From a candidate division WOR-3 bacterium (GTDB taxonomy: Bacteria > Hydrothermota > Hydrothermia > Hydrothermales > JAJRUZ01), in assembly GCA_039803925.1 (NCBI GenBank), contig JBDRZL010000004.1:17168-81167 (forward strand): DNA of 64,000 nucleotides, in the 5' to 3' direction. The notes beneath the pieces were generated by a model that was not told the DNA's origin, searched no databases, and saw only the letters and a list, made by a program, of their open reading frames with translations. Below, piece by piece: positions 37,095 through 46,617 of the stretch (positions are counted from its first letter, which is position 1; each line of letters opens with the position of its first letter). The position numbers were made by a program, and so were the translations under genes.

Positions 37095-38375
37095 ATGAAA
37101 ATATTAATCTTTTTAATTTTTGGAAATTTTAACCCACCTATAAATAGTTTTGTGTTAAAAAATAAACTTAATGTATATCTTGTTAAAAATGAAATCTCAC
37201 CAATTGTAACTGTCCTTCTTGCTTTCAGAGCAGGAGGGGAATACCAGTCTCCTCATGATGCCGGCCTCTTTCATCTTGTTGAACATATGTTCTTTAAGGG
37301 TAATAAAAAATATAAAACCCAGGAAGAATTTATGGAAAAAATAAGGGAACTGGGAATTTTATACAATGGTGCTACATCTTTAAACTATGTGATTTATTAC
37401 TATACATCTACAAAGGAAAATTTAAAGAAAGTTCTTGAATTCTCCTATAATGCTATAACAGGGATACTTTTTGATGAAAAAGAACTGGAAAAGGAAAGAA
37501 CGGTTGTTCTTGATGAATATAACAGGGACTATTCTGACCCTTTAGAAAATTTCTATATGGATATTTCAAGGTTATTTTATGAAGAACTATATTATAAAAC
37601 AGACCTTCTCGGACCAAAATATAACATTTTAAAGGCAGATAAAAAAATAATGCTTAATCAGTATGATAAATTTTATGGTCCTGAAAACTGTTTTCTTATT
37701 ATATCAGGAGATATTGATTTTGAAAAAACTGAAAAAATTGTAAGAAAGATTTTTGAAAGATGGAATAAAAAAGTCTTTTATCAGAAACCTGAAAAATTAC
37801 CTGAATTAAAAACAAAAAAACTTTTAAATATCAAATCATCCCAAGTTAGGTCTGCAAGAATTGAAATAATCTTTAGAGGACCCGGAACCCTTTATGAAAG
37901 AAAAGATACATATATAGGAGACCTTGTAGCAAAAATTTTTTCTCTACCCTATTCACCATTTCAGAAAGAATTTGTGAATACAGGACTTTCAAGTAGTGCC
38001 ACACTATCCTATTACACAAAATCTGCAACAGGTGAAATTTACTTTTCCTTTGAACTTGAAAAGGAAAAAATTGAGGAAGTGAAGAAGAAAATAGATGAAC
38101 TTTTAAATTCTATTGATGATGAAAGATGGTTTCCCGAGGAAATAATTGAAGATGCTAAAATATCAATTGAAAATGAATTTTCTCTGAAAACAGAAAATCC
38201 TGAAGGATTTGCCCATGAACTTGCTTTCTGGGTTACAACCGCAGACCTTGATTACTTTGTAAATTACATTAATGAAATCAAAAAAATAAATAAGGAAGAT
38301 ATTAAAAATTTCTTTAATAAATACATAAAAAATAAAAATTTTGTTATGGGAATAATTGAACCTGAGGGGGACTAA
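37095..38375 (+). CDS. M16 (pitrilysin/insulinase) zinc peptidase, active-type subunit
   Basis: Inverted zinc motif HLVEHMFFKG (HxxEH) with a downstream E in LDEYNRD. Two-domain M16 layout. Confidence 0.85.
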   Translation: MKILIFLIFGNFNPPINSFVLKNKLNVYLVKNEISPIVTVLLAFRAGGEYQSPHDAGLFHLVEHMFFKGNKKYKTQEEFMEKIRELGILYNGATSLNYVIYYYTSTKENLKKVLEFSYNAITGILFDEKELEKERTVVLDEYNRDYSDPLENFYMDISRLFYEELYYKTDLLGPKYNILKADKKIMLNQYDKFYGPENCFLIISGDIDFEKTEKIVRKIFERWNKKVFYQKPEKLPELKTKKLLNIKSSQVRSARIEIIFRGPGTLYERKDTYIGDLVAKIFSLPYSPFQKEFVNTGLSSSATLSYYTKSATGEIYFSFELEKEKIEEVKKKIDELLNSIDDERWFPEEIIEDAKISIENEFSLKTENPEGFAHELAFWVTTADLDYFVNYINEIKKINKEDIKNFFNKYIKNKNFVMGIIEPEGD

Positions 38376-38376
38376 A

Positions 38377-39615
38377 ATGAAAAAATTAATAATTAGTTCT
38401 ATTCTTTTTAATCTTTTATTTTCAGAAGTTTTATTTTTAAAAAATGAAATTCCCCTTATATACCGGAAAGTTGAAGGGATTGATGTAATAAGTGCAGGTG
38501 TTTTATTTAAGGGAGGTGTAGCTAAATATAAAGAAGGGATGGATGGAATAGAGTTTTTTGCTTTAAACTCCCTTCTTGAAGGAACAAGGGAATACCCCTT
38601 CCCGGAGCTTCAAAAAATTTTTGTTAAGGAAGGGATTCTCACAAGAGTCATAGCTGACCATGATTATTCTGCTTTAATTTTAAAATCTCCTACAAAAAAT
38701 TATAAAAGGGTAATTGAAATTTTATTTAAAATTCTGAATGAACCTGAATTAAATCCTCAAAGGATTGAAGTTGTTAGAAATAACTTAATTTTAAGAGCAA
38801 AAAGAAAAGAAGAGGACCCAGACCAGAAATTATTTATTTTGCTAAATGAAGTTTTTTATAAAAATCATCCTTATAAAATAGAACCTGAAGGAAAAATAGA
38901 AACTCTTAAGAACTTTAAAATAGAGGATATAAGAAATTTTCTTGAAAATAATTTTCATTCAGGAGGTATTGTTCTTGGTTTTGTTGGACCCCTCGAAAAA
39001 GAAGAATTTTTAAATCTCTTTGATGAACTATTCGGAAAAATTGAAAAAAGAGAAAATATAACCCCCGAAATTCCTGATTTTTCAAAAAAAGATACATTTT
39101 TTTATATCAAAAAAGATGATTACGAGACAAGTTATATAGCAACAAAATTTCCATTTCCTGATATAAAAGATAGAGATTACCCTGCAATTTTAGCCTTATC
39201 AGAGATTTTATCCCAGAGATTTGAAGAAAAGGTGAGAACAAAAGCAGGTATTTCCTATGCAGTTTGGGCTGGTGCTTCAATGAAAAAAAAGAATTATGGT
39301 TACTTTTATGTTTCTTCCTCTTTCCCTGATTCAGCCTGGAAATTGATGATTAAAGAAGTTAATGAAATAAAGGAAAAAGGTGTTAAAGAAAAGGAAATTA
39401 AAGAGTCTCTCAATCTTTTTAAAACTTATAGATTTTTACAGAATGCCTCCACCGATGGTGTTCTTATTTCTCTTTTTAGGTCTTTTGTAATTGCAGAAGA
39501 TCCTGAATTCTTAGATTCAATGCTCAATAAAATAAATGAAGTTAAACCTGAAGATATTAAAAGATGTGCTAATTTATACTTTAAGAATTTTATAACTATA
39601 AGAATTGGACCTTAA
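38377..39615 (+). CDS. M16-family peptidase-like protein, non-catalytic-type subunit
   Basis: M16 fold pattern, but the HxxEH position reads FFALNSLLEGT. ATG at 38377 lies 1 nt after the upstream stop. There is a signal-like N-terminus. Confidence 0.75.
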   Translation: MKKLIISSILFNLLFSEVLFLKNEIPLIYRKVEGIDVISAGVLFKGGVAKYKEGMDGIEFFALNSLLEGTREYPFPELQKIFVKEGILTRVIADHDYSALILKSPTKNYKRVIEILFKILNEPELNPQRIEVVRNNLILRAKRKEEDPDQKLFILLNEVFYKNHPYKIEPEGKIETLKNFKIEDIRNFLENNFHSGGIVLGFVGPLEKEEFLNLFDELFGKIEKRENITPEIPDFSKKDTFFYIKKDDYETSYIATKFPFPDIKDRDYPAILALSEILSQRFEEKVRTKAGISYAVWAGASMKKKNYGYFYVSSSFPDSAWKLMIKEVNEIKEKGVKEKEIKESLNLFKTYRFLQNASTDGVLISLFRSFVIAEDPEFLDSMLNKINEVKPEDIKRCANLYFKNFITIRIGP

Positions 39616-39623
39616 ATAATATT

Positions 39624-39699
39624 AGCGCCCGGCGGGAATTGAACCCGCAACCTTCTCCTCCGGAGGGAGACGCTCTATCCGGAGTTGAGCTACGGGCGC
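39624..39699 (-). tRNA. tRNA-Arg (anticodon CCG)
   Basis: The reverse complement folds as a cloverleaf: acceptor GCGCCCG/CGGGCGC, D-arm GCTC/GAGC, anticodon stem TCTCC/GGAGA with loop CT-CCG-GA, variable AGGTT, T-arm GCGGG-TTCAATT-CCCGC, discriminator A. No CCA is encoded. Confidence 0.9.
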
Positions 39700-39708
39700 A
39701 GAAATATT

Positions 39709-41007
39709 TTATTCTTTTATATTTTCTTTCAACCATTCAAGAGTCACACTCTTTGGTCTTTCAATAGGAAGACCAAGAGCTCTATCCCATATTAATTGAA
39801 CTGAAATACCTATTGCCCTTGAAACACCAAACAAAACAGTATAAAAGGGGAATTCTGTAATTCCATAATGATAAAGAACACAACCAGAGTGGGCATCTAC
39901 ATTAGGCCAAGGATCCTTTATTTTCTGTAACTGCTGTAAAATCGGAGGAACAACCTCATAAAGCATTGAGACTATTTTAAAAATCGGATCATCCGGCATA
40001 TATTTCAATGCAAATTCTCTAAAAGCAATATATCTTGGATCAGTTTTTCTTAAAACAGCGTGTCCATATCCAGGGATTACCTGTCCTGAATTTATTGTAT
40101 CCCAGCAATATTTTTCAAGAATTTCCTTTGTAATCTCTTGACCCTTGAATTTTTCCTGAAGATTTAAAATCCATCTTAACACTTCCTGATTTGCAAGTCC
40201 ATGTAAGGGTCCTGCAAGTCCATTTATGGCAGCTGATATTGAATAATAAACATCAGATAGAGCAGAGGCAACGAGATGTCCTGTATGGGCTGAAACATTT
40301 CCACCTTCATGGTCGCAGTGTAAAACCATATAAAGCCTCATTAGTTCGTATACCTCAGGATTATCATAACCCATCATATGAGCAAAATTAGCAGCCCAGT
40401 CAAGTTTGGAATCAGGTTCAATAAATTTACCTTTCTTATACAAATATCTATACACATAAGCAGCAAGAACCGGAATTCTTGCAAGTAAATCAAGGGTATC
40501 TTCATAAAAATATTCCCAGTAATTTGTTTTTGGAATCCCTTCCCAGTATGCCTTTGTAAATTTTGACTCCTTCTGCATGGCAAGAATACCCATTGAGAAG
40601 AGAACCATGGGATGAGAGTCTTTTGGCATCTTCTTTATAACATCAAATACATAAGAGGGCACTTCCATCCTTTTCTTGAATTCTTCCTGAATTTCCTTAA
40701 TATTTTCTTCTGTTGGAAGATCACCTGTTAAAAGTAAATAGAAAATCCCTTCAGGAAGTGGTTCATTACCTCCTTTTGCCTTTGGAAGTTTTTCTCTAAC
40801 TTCAGGTATGGTATATCCTCTAAATCTTATTCCTTCATTAGGATCAAGAAGAGAACCTTCCCATACCATGCATTTTACATCCCTCATTCCACCGTAAGCC
40901 TGTTCAACTGTTACCTCGGAGATTACCTTTTTACCGAATTTTTCCCTGAACTCCTTTACTTCTTTTTGTCTTTTTTCTATTTTTTCCTTTAATGTTTGTT
41001 TTAACAT
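39709..41007 (-). CDS. gltA: Citrate synthase
   Basis: GLAGPLHGLANQEV, GYGHAVLRKTDPR and NVDAHSG active-site motifs. AAGGAGGG SD. Confidence 0.93.
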   Translation of the reverse strand: MLKQTLKEKIEKRQKEVKEFREKFGKKVISEVTVEQAYGGMRDVKCMVWEGSLLDPNEGIRFRGYTIPEVREKLPKAKGGNEPLPEGIFYLLLTGDLPTEENIKEIQEEFKKRMEVPSYVFDVIKKMPKDSHPMVLFSMGILAMQKESKFTKAYWEGIPKTNYWEYFYEDTLDLLARIPVLAAYVYRYLYKKGKFIEPDSKLDWAANFAHMMGYDNPEVYELMRLYMVLHCDHEGGNVSAHTGHLVASALSDVYYSISAAINGLAGPLHGLANQEVLRWILNLQEKFKGQEITKEILEKYCWDTINSGQVIPGYGHAVLRKTDPRYIAFREFALKYMPDDPIFKIVSMLYEVVPPILQQLQKIKDPWPNVDAHSGCVLYHYGITEFPFYTVLFGVSRAIGISVQLIWDRALGLPIERPKSVTLEWLKENIKE

Positions 41008-41058
41008 TTTTTCCCTCCTTTTTAAATAAATTATTATAAAATATAAGGCAAAATATCT

Positions 41059-41064
41059 TATAAT
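41059..41064 (+). promoter_or_regulatory. -10 box TATAAT 6 nt upstream of the dapF ATG (leaderless-type arrangement)
   Basis: tataat-ttctaa-ATG (41071), with no SD. Confidence 0.45.
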
Positions 41065-41070
41065 TTCTAA

Positions 41071-41838
41071 ATGAAATTGAAATTTTTAAAAATGGAAGCA
41101 ACTGGTAATGATTTTATAGTGCCAATTGATATAAAACCAGAAAAGATAGAAAAATTTATTACCTTTTTATGTGAAAGGAGAAGGGGAATTGGTGCTGATG
41201 GGATTTTGTTTTCCTTAAGGGATAAAAATTATGACTTCAGAATGATTTATTATAATTCTGATGGTGGAAGAGCAGAGTTCTGTGCAAACGGTGCAAGATG
41301 CCTTATTTATTTAAATTATTTAAAAACTAAAAAGAAAAAATTTAAGTTTATTGCTGATGATGGTGAACATGAAGGTGAATACCTTGGCAAAAATAATGTC
41401 AAACTTAAAATGATAAACCCTATATTTCTAAAAAATTTAAAAATCTCAGAAAAGGACTACACACTTATAAATTCAGGTGTTCCCCATTTGATAAGAGAGG
41501 AAAAAGAAATAGAAAAAATTGATGTTGTAAAAGAAGGAAAATTTTTAAGGTATCACGAATTTTTTAAACCTAAAGGCACAAATGTAAACTTTATTGAAAT
41601 AACTGGTAATAAAATTAAAATAAGAACATATGAAAGGGGAGTTGAAGATGAGGTTTTATCCTGTGGAACAGGTGCTGTGGCTTCTGCCTTTTATACAAAG
41701 TTAAAAAATGGATTTAGTCAATTTGAAATATTAACAAAAGGAGGAGATATTTTGAAAGTTGTATTTAATGAGTCAGGAACATACCTAATTGGAAAAGTAA
41801 AATTATCTTTTAAAGGAGAAATTGATTTAAAATTTTAA
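41071..41838 (+). CDS. dapF: Diaminopimelate epimerase
   Basis: MEATGNDFIV, and both catalytic Cys contexts (FCANGARC and LSCGTGAVA). Confidence 0.9.
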   Translation: MKLKFLKMEATGNDFIVPIDIKPEKIEKFITFLCERRRGIGADGILFSLRDKNYDFRMIYYNSDGGRAEFCANGARCLIYLNYLKTKKKKFKFIADDGEHEGEYLGKNNVKLKMINPIFLKNLKISEKDYTLINSGVPHLIREEKEIEKIDVVKEGKFLRYHEFFKPKGTNVNFIEITGNKIKIRTYERGVEDEVLSCGTGAVASAFYTKLKNGFSQFEILTKGGDILKVVFNESGTYLIGKVKLSFKGEIDLKF

Positions 41839-41840
41839 TT

Positions 41841-42998
41841 ATGTTTGATGAATATAAAAATTATTTTTTAAAAGTTTGTAATGAAGCCCTTTTACCTGAA
41901 GGAATAGTAAATTTGATATTAGAACCTGAATTTATAGCCATACAAAACATTCCCTTTGAATATGAAGGAAGAATAAATTTATTTAAAAGTGTGAAAGTTA
42001 TACATTCCTCTATAAAACCTTACTATATTGGACCCTTAAGAATAAAAAGTAAGATTTCTATTGATGAATTAAAAATGCTTTCTTCTTTTTTTACATGGCA
42101 AAATTTTCTTTTAAATATGCCCTTTTCTGGTTTAAGTGCAGGTCTAGAAGTGGAAGAAAAATTTATAAAAAATTATAAAATGAAAAAATTTTTATCTGAA
42201 AAGTTTCTATCCTTTTTAAAGGATGAAAAGGAAATTTTTTATCCTGAAATGGGTTATGAGGAAAATGAAATTTATTGTGAGAACTTTACTGCTAAGGTTT
42301 TTGAAATGGGAGGATTTTTTAATAGAAGGGAAATCTTAAAAAGAGGAATAAAAATCATCTTGGATAAATTTTCTGAAATAGAGGATTTTGATTATAAGGA
42401 AAAAAAAGTTTTAATTCAGGGTTCTGGTAAAGTTTCACTTTTATTCTTTGAAGTTTTGAAAGAAAAAAATGCTAAAGTAGTGGGTTTGTCAGATACAAAA
42501 GGTGCAATAGTTTCAGATTCCTTTAACTATGATGAAGTAATAGAACTTAAAAAGAATAAAGGAAAAATTTCAGAAATTAAGGGTGAAAAATTAACAAATG
42601 CAGAGTTTCTTGAAAGGGAGTGTGATATTTTAATTCTGGCAGGACCTTCAAATGTAATCAATAAAAATAATTTTGATAAAATTAAAGCAAAAGTTATTAT
42701 TGAAATTGCCCCATCAGGAATTAATTATGAAATTTATGAAATGTTATCAAAGGAAAAGAAAATTATTCCTGATATTATTTCTGTTTTACCCTTTACCCTT
42801 ATAAATTCTATTGAAGCAATAAAGAAAAATGTAAGTTTTATTACAAAAGATAATCTTGAATTATATGATAACACTTTAAAAAATATTTTTTCTGATATAT
42901 ATGCTTATAGTGTTGCAAAAAATAAATCTTTAAAATTTTCAGGTTTTATGATTTCTTTACTCAGATATGCCAAAGTATTATCAATGAAAGGAGTATGA
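41841..42998 (+). CDS. Glu/Leu/Phe/Val dehydrogenase-like protein with degenerate catalytic and dinucleotide motifs
   Basis: Overall colinearity with GDH-family proteins (N-terminal substrate domain, then VLIQGSGKVSL...AKVVGLSDTKGAIV...DILILAGPSNVI...KVIIEIAPSG...IIPDII). The Gly-rich catalytic-Lys segment reads PFSGLSAGLEV and the GxGxxG reads GSGKVS. Confidence 0.5.
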   Translation: MFDEYKNYFLKVCNEALLPEGIVNLILEPEFIAIQNIPFEYEGRINLFKSVKVIHSSIKPYYIGPLRIKSKISIDELKMLSSFFTWQNFLLNMPFSGLSAGLEVEEKFIKNYKMKKFLSEKFLSFLKDEKEIFYPEMGYEENEIYCENFTAKVFEMGGFFNRREILKRGIKIILDKFSEIEDFDYKEKKVLIQGSGKVSLLFFEVLKEKNAKVVGLSDTKGAIVSDSFNYDEVIELKKNKGKISEIKGEKLTNAEFLERECDILILAGPSNVINKNNFDKIKAKVIIEIAPSGINYEIYEMLSKEKKIIPDIISVLPFTLINSIEAIKKNVSFITKDNLELYDNTLKNIFSDIYAYSVAKNKSLKFSGFMISLLRYAKVLSMKGV

Positions 42999-45391
42999 TT
43001 TTTTTTATATTTTTAAAAATTTATATACTTTCCCCTTTTCAAATAGCACCTCGCGAGTCTTCACCAGATTTTCTTTTACCAAATGGTGAAGAAAAATATT
43101 TAATTTCTTTAAAAGATACCTTCTATACAACCCTTTCAAAAAAAGGAAAAATTTTCTGGAGAGAGGTAAAACCTGATAAAGATGGTTATATTTTTATCAC
43201 CTCTGATACTCTTGAAATTAAAAGGGAATATGAGCATCATGGCTATAGTTTTAGCACTTTAAGTTATGTTTATATTGACACTTTTTTTAAAGATGGTTTT
43301 TATCTTGTATACCCTGAAAAAATTTCAAGATTTTATATTGATTCAAACCCTTACATTGGAAATCCTTATTATTATTCTAATATTCCGGTTCCCCTTTATT
43401 TAAAAGAAAAAAGATATAGAGTTCTACTTATAACTGGAGAAGAATACGGAAAAGTAAGAATTTCATTTAAAAGGGCTCCGGAAACTCCATTTGTATATAA
43501 AGAATGGGCTATATTACCTTTTATCTTGAGAGATTCCCTTTATGAATTTTATATTGGTTTCTGGATAATAAATCCGAGTGATAAATTCTTTAAAAAATTA
43601 ATTTTAGAAGGTTATGGAGAAAATCTTGAAGGAGAAAAAAAAGAAATTGATTTTCTTATGCCTTTTGAAATTATTTATGAGGATTTAAAATTTAAAATAT
43701 TAAATAAAAATTTTAAAAAGGAAACTCTTACAATTTCTGTTAAATTAAAAGGTGAAAACTTTGACACCATAACGAATTTTTATTTGCCGATAAAATCAAA
43801 AGATGAACCCTTAAAAATTACATTTAAGTCAAAAATTGATGAGGGAGTTAATTATTTTGCTATAAGATATCCCAAAGTAAAGGGTGATTATAAAAAGGGA
43901 GTTATATTTTCTCTTCATGGGGCAGGTGTTGAGGCAATTGATCTTGTAAGAACATATAAAGAGGAGGATTCTTTATTTATAGTTTCGCCTACAAATAGGA
44001 GACCCTTTGGTTTTGACTGGCAGGATCTTGGAACCTTAGATTTTCTTGAAGTTTTTAATTATGTTAAGAAAAATTTTAATGTTGATACTGATAAAATTTA
44101 TCTTACTGGACACTCAATGGGAGGACATGGCGCTTATTTCATAGGGTTCCATTTTGCTGATAAATTTGCCGCAATTATACCATCAGCTGGTTGGGTATCC
44201 TTCAGAACTTATGTTCCTTATTTTTTGCAGGGAGTAAGTTTATTTGGTGATCCTCTTCAAATAAAAATAAGGGAGAGGGTTTTATATTCAGAGGATATTC
44301 AAAAATTTATAAGAAATGCTTTAAATGTTCCTTTTTTAATAGTTCATGGAACAGAGGATAAATCTGTTCCAGTTTTTCATTCAAGATTTATGTTTTCACT
44401 TTTAAAGAGAAATAGCATAAGGGTAAAGTTATGGGAAGTAAGTGATATGGGACACTGGTGGGATATTGAAAATACAGAGGGTATTGATTGTGTAGATTCA
44501 GATACAATTATAAATTTTATAAAAAAACATAAAAGATTTTTGCCTGATTCCTTTGAGTTTTACTTTTCTGATTTAGGTATAAATAATTCCTTTTATTATT
44601 TAAAAATTTTAGATCCTGAAAAATATTTTTATCCAGGTTTTGTTAAATTAAAAAGAAAAGATAACAACATTATGATTAATACTTTTAATGTTAATGCCTT
44701 TGAGATGGATTTATCAAATTTTAATTTTGAGAAATTTTTCATAAATATAGATGGAAAAATTTTTGAGTTAAAGGGTAAGAATAAGTATATTTTTTTAAAA
44801 AGAAAAAACTGGGAAATAGTAAGTGAATTTAAGTTAAAGATGCCTTTAAAAACTCCTTCAAATCCAGGTCTTATAAAAAATATTATGCGTAACAAAATTT
44901 TGATAGTTTTTAGCACGGGAAAAAATTCCTTTGAAAATTATCATTTGGCAAGAAATCTTTCTTTTTCCCTTCTTACAAGGGGAAATTTAAAGGTAAAAAT
45001 TTTACCTGATACTTTATTTGATAAAAAGTTATCTTTATTTTACAATTTGATTTTAATAGGAAAAAAGGATGAATTTAGGGGAAAGGTTAAAGAGATTTTA
45101 AAAATTTTGCCTTTTTATTTATTTAAAAATAAAAAAATTACCGATGGTCTTTTAATTTTTATTTATCCCCTTTACCCTTTTTCTTATAATATGGGTCTTT
45201 TTATAATTTATTCAGATGTAAAATATTTAAGAGAAGTTTTTAGACTTCCCCTTTTTGTTTCAGGCATTGGATTTCCTGATGGAATTTTTGTTAAGAATCC
45301 TTATGATCTGAAATCAAAGGGTTTTTCAGGTCTTTCCTTCTTTTTATGGAATAAAAATTATAATAATTTTGATGAAATTGCCTTTCCCTAA
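42995..45391 (+). CDS. Large alpha/beta-hydrolase (S9/esterase-type) protein with unassigned N- and C-terminal regions
   Basis: Central hydrolase core: HGAGVEA..., nucleophile elbow LTGHSMGGHGA, then LIVHGTEDKSVP and a DMGHWW acid/His region. The flanking ~300-aa N-terminal and ~250-aa C-terminal parts have no motif I recognise. Confidence 0.65.
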   Translation: MIFFIFLKIYILSPFQIAPRESSPDFLLPNGEEKYLISLKDTFYTTLSKKGKIFWREVKPDKDGYIFITSDTLEIKREYEHHGYSFSTLSYVYIDTFFKDGFYLVYPEKISRFYIDSNPYIGNPYYYSNIPVPLYLKEKRYRVLLITGEEYGKVRISFKRAPETPFVYKEWAILPFILRDSLYEFYIGFWIINPSDKFFKKLILEGYGENLEGEKKEIDFLMPFEIIYEDLKFKILNKNFKKETLTISVKLKGENFDTITNFYLPIKSKDEPLKITFKSKIDEGVNYFAIRYPKVKGDYKKGVIFSLHGAGVEAIDLVRTYKEEDSLFIVSPTNRRPFGFDWQDLGTLDFLEVFNYVKKNFNVDTDKIYLTGHSMGGHGAYFIGFHFADKFAAIIPSAGWVSFRTYVPYFLQGVSLFGDPLQIKIRERVLYSEDIQKFIRNALNVPFLIVHGTEDKSVPVFHSRFMFSLLKRNSIRVKLWEVSDMGHWWDIENTEGIDCVDSDTIINFIKKHKRFLPDSFEFYFSDLGINNSFYYLKILDPEKYFYPGFVKLKRKDNNIMINTFNVNAFEMDLSNFNFEKFFINIDGKIFELKGKNKYIFLKRKNWEIVSEFKLKMPLKTPSNPGLIKNIMRNKILIVFSTGKNSFENYHLARNLSFSLLTRGNLKVKILPDTLFDKKLSLFYNLILIGKKDEFRGKVKEILKILPFYLFKNKKITDGLLIFIYPLYPFSYNMGLFIIYSDVKYLREVFRLPLFVSGIGFPDGIFVKNPYDLKSKGFSGLSFFLWNKNYNNFDEIAFP

Positions 45392-45412
45392 TTATACTAA
45401 TTAAAATAAAAT

Positions 45413-45940
45413 ATGATGCATTCAACTACTGTTCTTGGTATTCTAAAGGATGGAAAGGCTGTAATAGGGGCTGATGGGCAGGTTACCTTTGGAGAGACAG
45501 TTTTAAAACACAAGGCTAAAAAGGTAATGAAAATTTTTAATGGGGAAGTTCTTGTGGGATTTGCTGGTGCGGTTGCTGATGCCTATACTCTTTTTGAAAA
45601 CCTTGAAAAAAATTTGAAGGAATTTAAAGGAGACCTTATGAGGGCTTCCGTTGAACTGGCAAGAAGATGGAGGCAAGATAAATTTTTAAGGAGACTTGAA
45701 GCACTTATTGCTGTTATTAATAAAGAAAGGGCTCTTATAATCTCAGGAAACGGTGAAGTTGTTGAACCTGAATATGGAATAGTTGCCATTGGTTCAGGTG
45801 CACCTTATGCAAGATCAGCTGCCCTTGCCCTTTTAAAACATACTGATTTGGAACCAAGAAAAATAGTTGAGGAAGCTCTTAAAATTGCTGCTGAAATATG
45901 CATTTACACCAATGAAAATTTTACAATTTTAGAACTATGA
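45413..45940 (+). CDS. hslV: ATP-dependent protease subunit HslV
   Basis: N-terminal Thr context MMHSTTVLGILKDGKAVIGADGQVTFGETVLKHKAKKV, GFAGAVADAYTLFE, ISGNGEVVEPEYGIVAIGSG, ICIYTN. Colinear with E. coli HslV. Confidence 0.93.
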   Translation: MMHSTTVLGILKDGKAVIGADGQVTFGETVLKHKAKKVMKIFNGEVLVGFAGAVADAYTLFENLEKNLKEFKGDLMRASVELARRWRQDKFLRRLEALIAVINKERALIISGNGEVVEPEYGIVAIGSGAPYARSAALALLKHTDLEPRKIVEEALKIAAEICIYTNENFTILEL

Positions 45941-46614
45941 AAGATAAAGAGGAAATAAGTTACAAAAAATTTCTTGATTTTTTTAAAGAAAAAACAGAGG
46001 AAAGTAAAAAGGAAACACCTATAAAAGAAGAAACTTCAAAAAAGAAAATAAAAAAGAAAAAAATTGAGGAAAAAAAAGAAATAGTTGAAAAAGAAGAATT
46101 AAAGGAACCGGGATTTAAGCTCGAAATGAGTTCCGAAGTGAAACCCGAGGAAATAAAAGAAGAATTACCCGAGGCAATTGTAGAAGTGGAAGAAGTTAAA
46201 GATGAAGAATTTTTAATTTTCAGGTTAGGAAGTGAAAACTATGCAATTTATACTCAGGATGCATCAGAAGTTATAACTGGTTTAGAGGTTTTTGAAGCAA
46301 CTGATTTACCATCTTATGCTATAGGTATGGCTAATTTTAGAGATAGAATAATACCTGTTATTTCATTTTCTAAACTTTTAAATATTGAAGAAGAAAAAGA
46401 GCCTTATTCCTTTATTTTTATTGAAAAGAAAGATAAAAAAGAAAGTTTTTTCCTTAGGGTAGGTGAAGTGAGGGGAATTTATAAAAAAAGAGATGTAAAA
46501 TTACTTGAAGTCCCTTATGACCTGGATAAGGAAATTTTTAAAAAAATAATTCTTATTGATAAAGAACTTATTCCCCTTATAGATGTTATAAAGTTAATAG
46601 AAAAGAAGGAATAA
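45937..46614 (+). CDS. CheW-like domain protein with a long K/E-rich N-terminal extension
   Basis: The C-terminal ~135 aa (EFLIFRLGSENYAIYTQDASEVI...MANFRDRIIPVISFSKLLNI...FLRVGEVRGIY...LIPLIDVIKLI) follow the CheW pattern. ATGA overlap with the hslV stop. Confidence 0.7.
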   Translation: MKDKEEISYKKFLDFFKEKTEESKKETPIKEETSKKKIKKKKIEEKKEIVEKEELKEPGFKLEMSSEVKPEEIKEELPEAIVEVEEVKDEEFLIFRLGSENYAIYTQDASEVITGLEVFEATDLPSYAIGMANFRDRIIPVISFSKLLNIEEEKEPYSFIFIEKKDKKESFFLRVGEVRGIYKKRDVKLLEVPYDLDKEIFKKIILIDKELIPLIDVIKLIEKKE

Positions 46615-46617
46615 AAA

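Noticed and set aside
45960-46200. A-rich, repeat-looking DNA (also around 14880-14940).
   Set aside because: It is in-frame K/E-rich low-complexity coding sequence (CheW-like N-terminus, NFACT coiled coil). It is not a tandem DNA repeat or CRISPR-like array, because no regular unit length or spacer structure is present.
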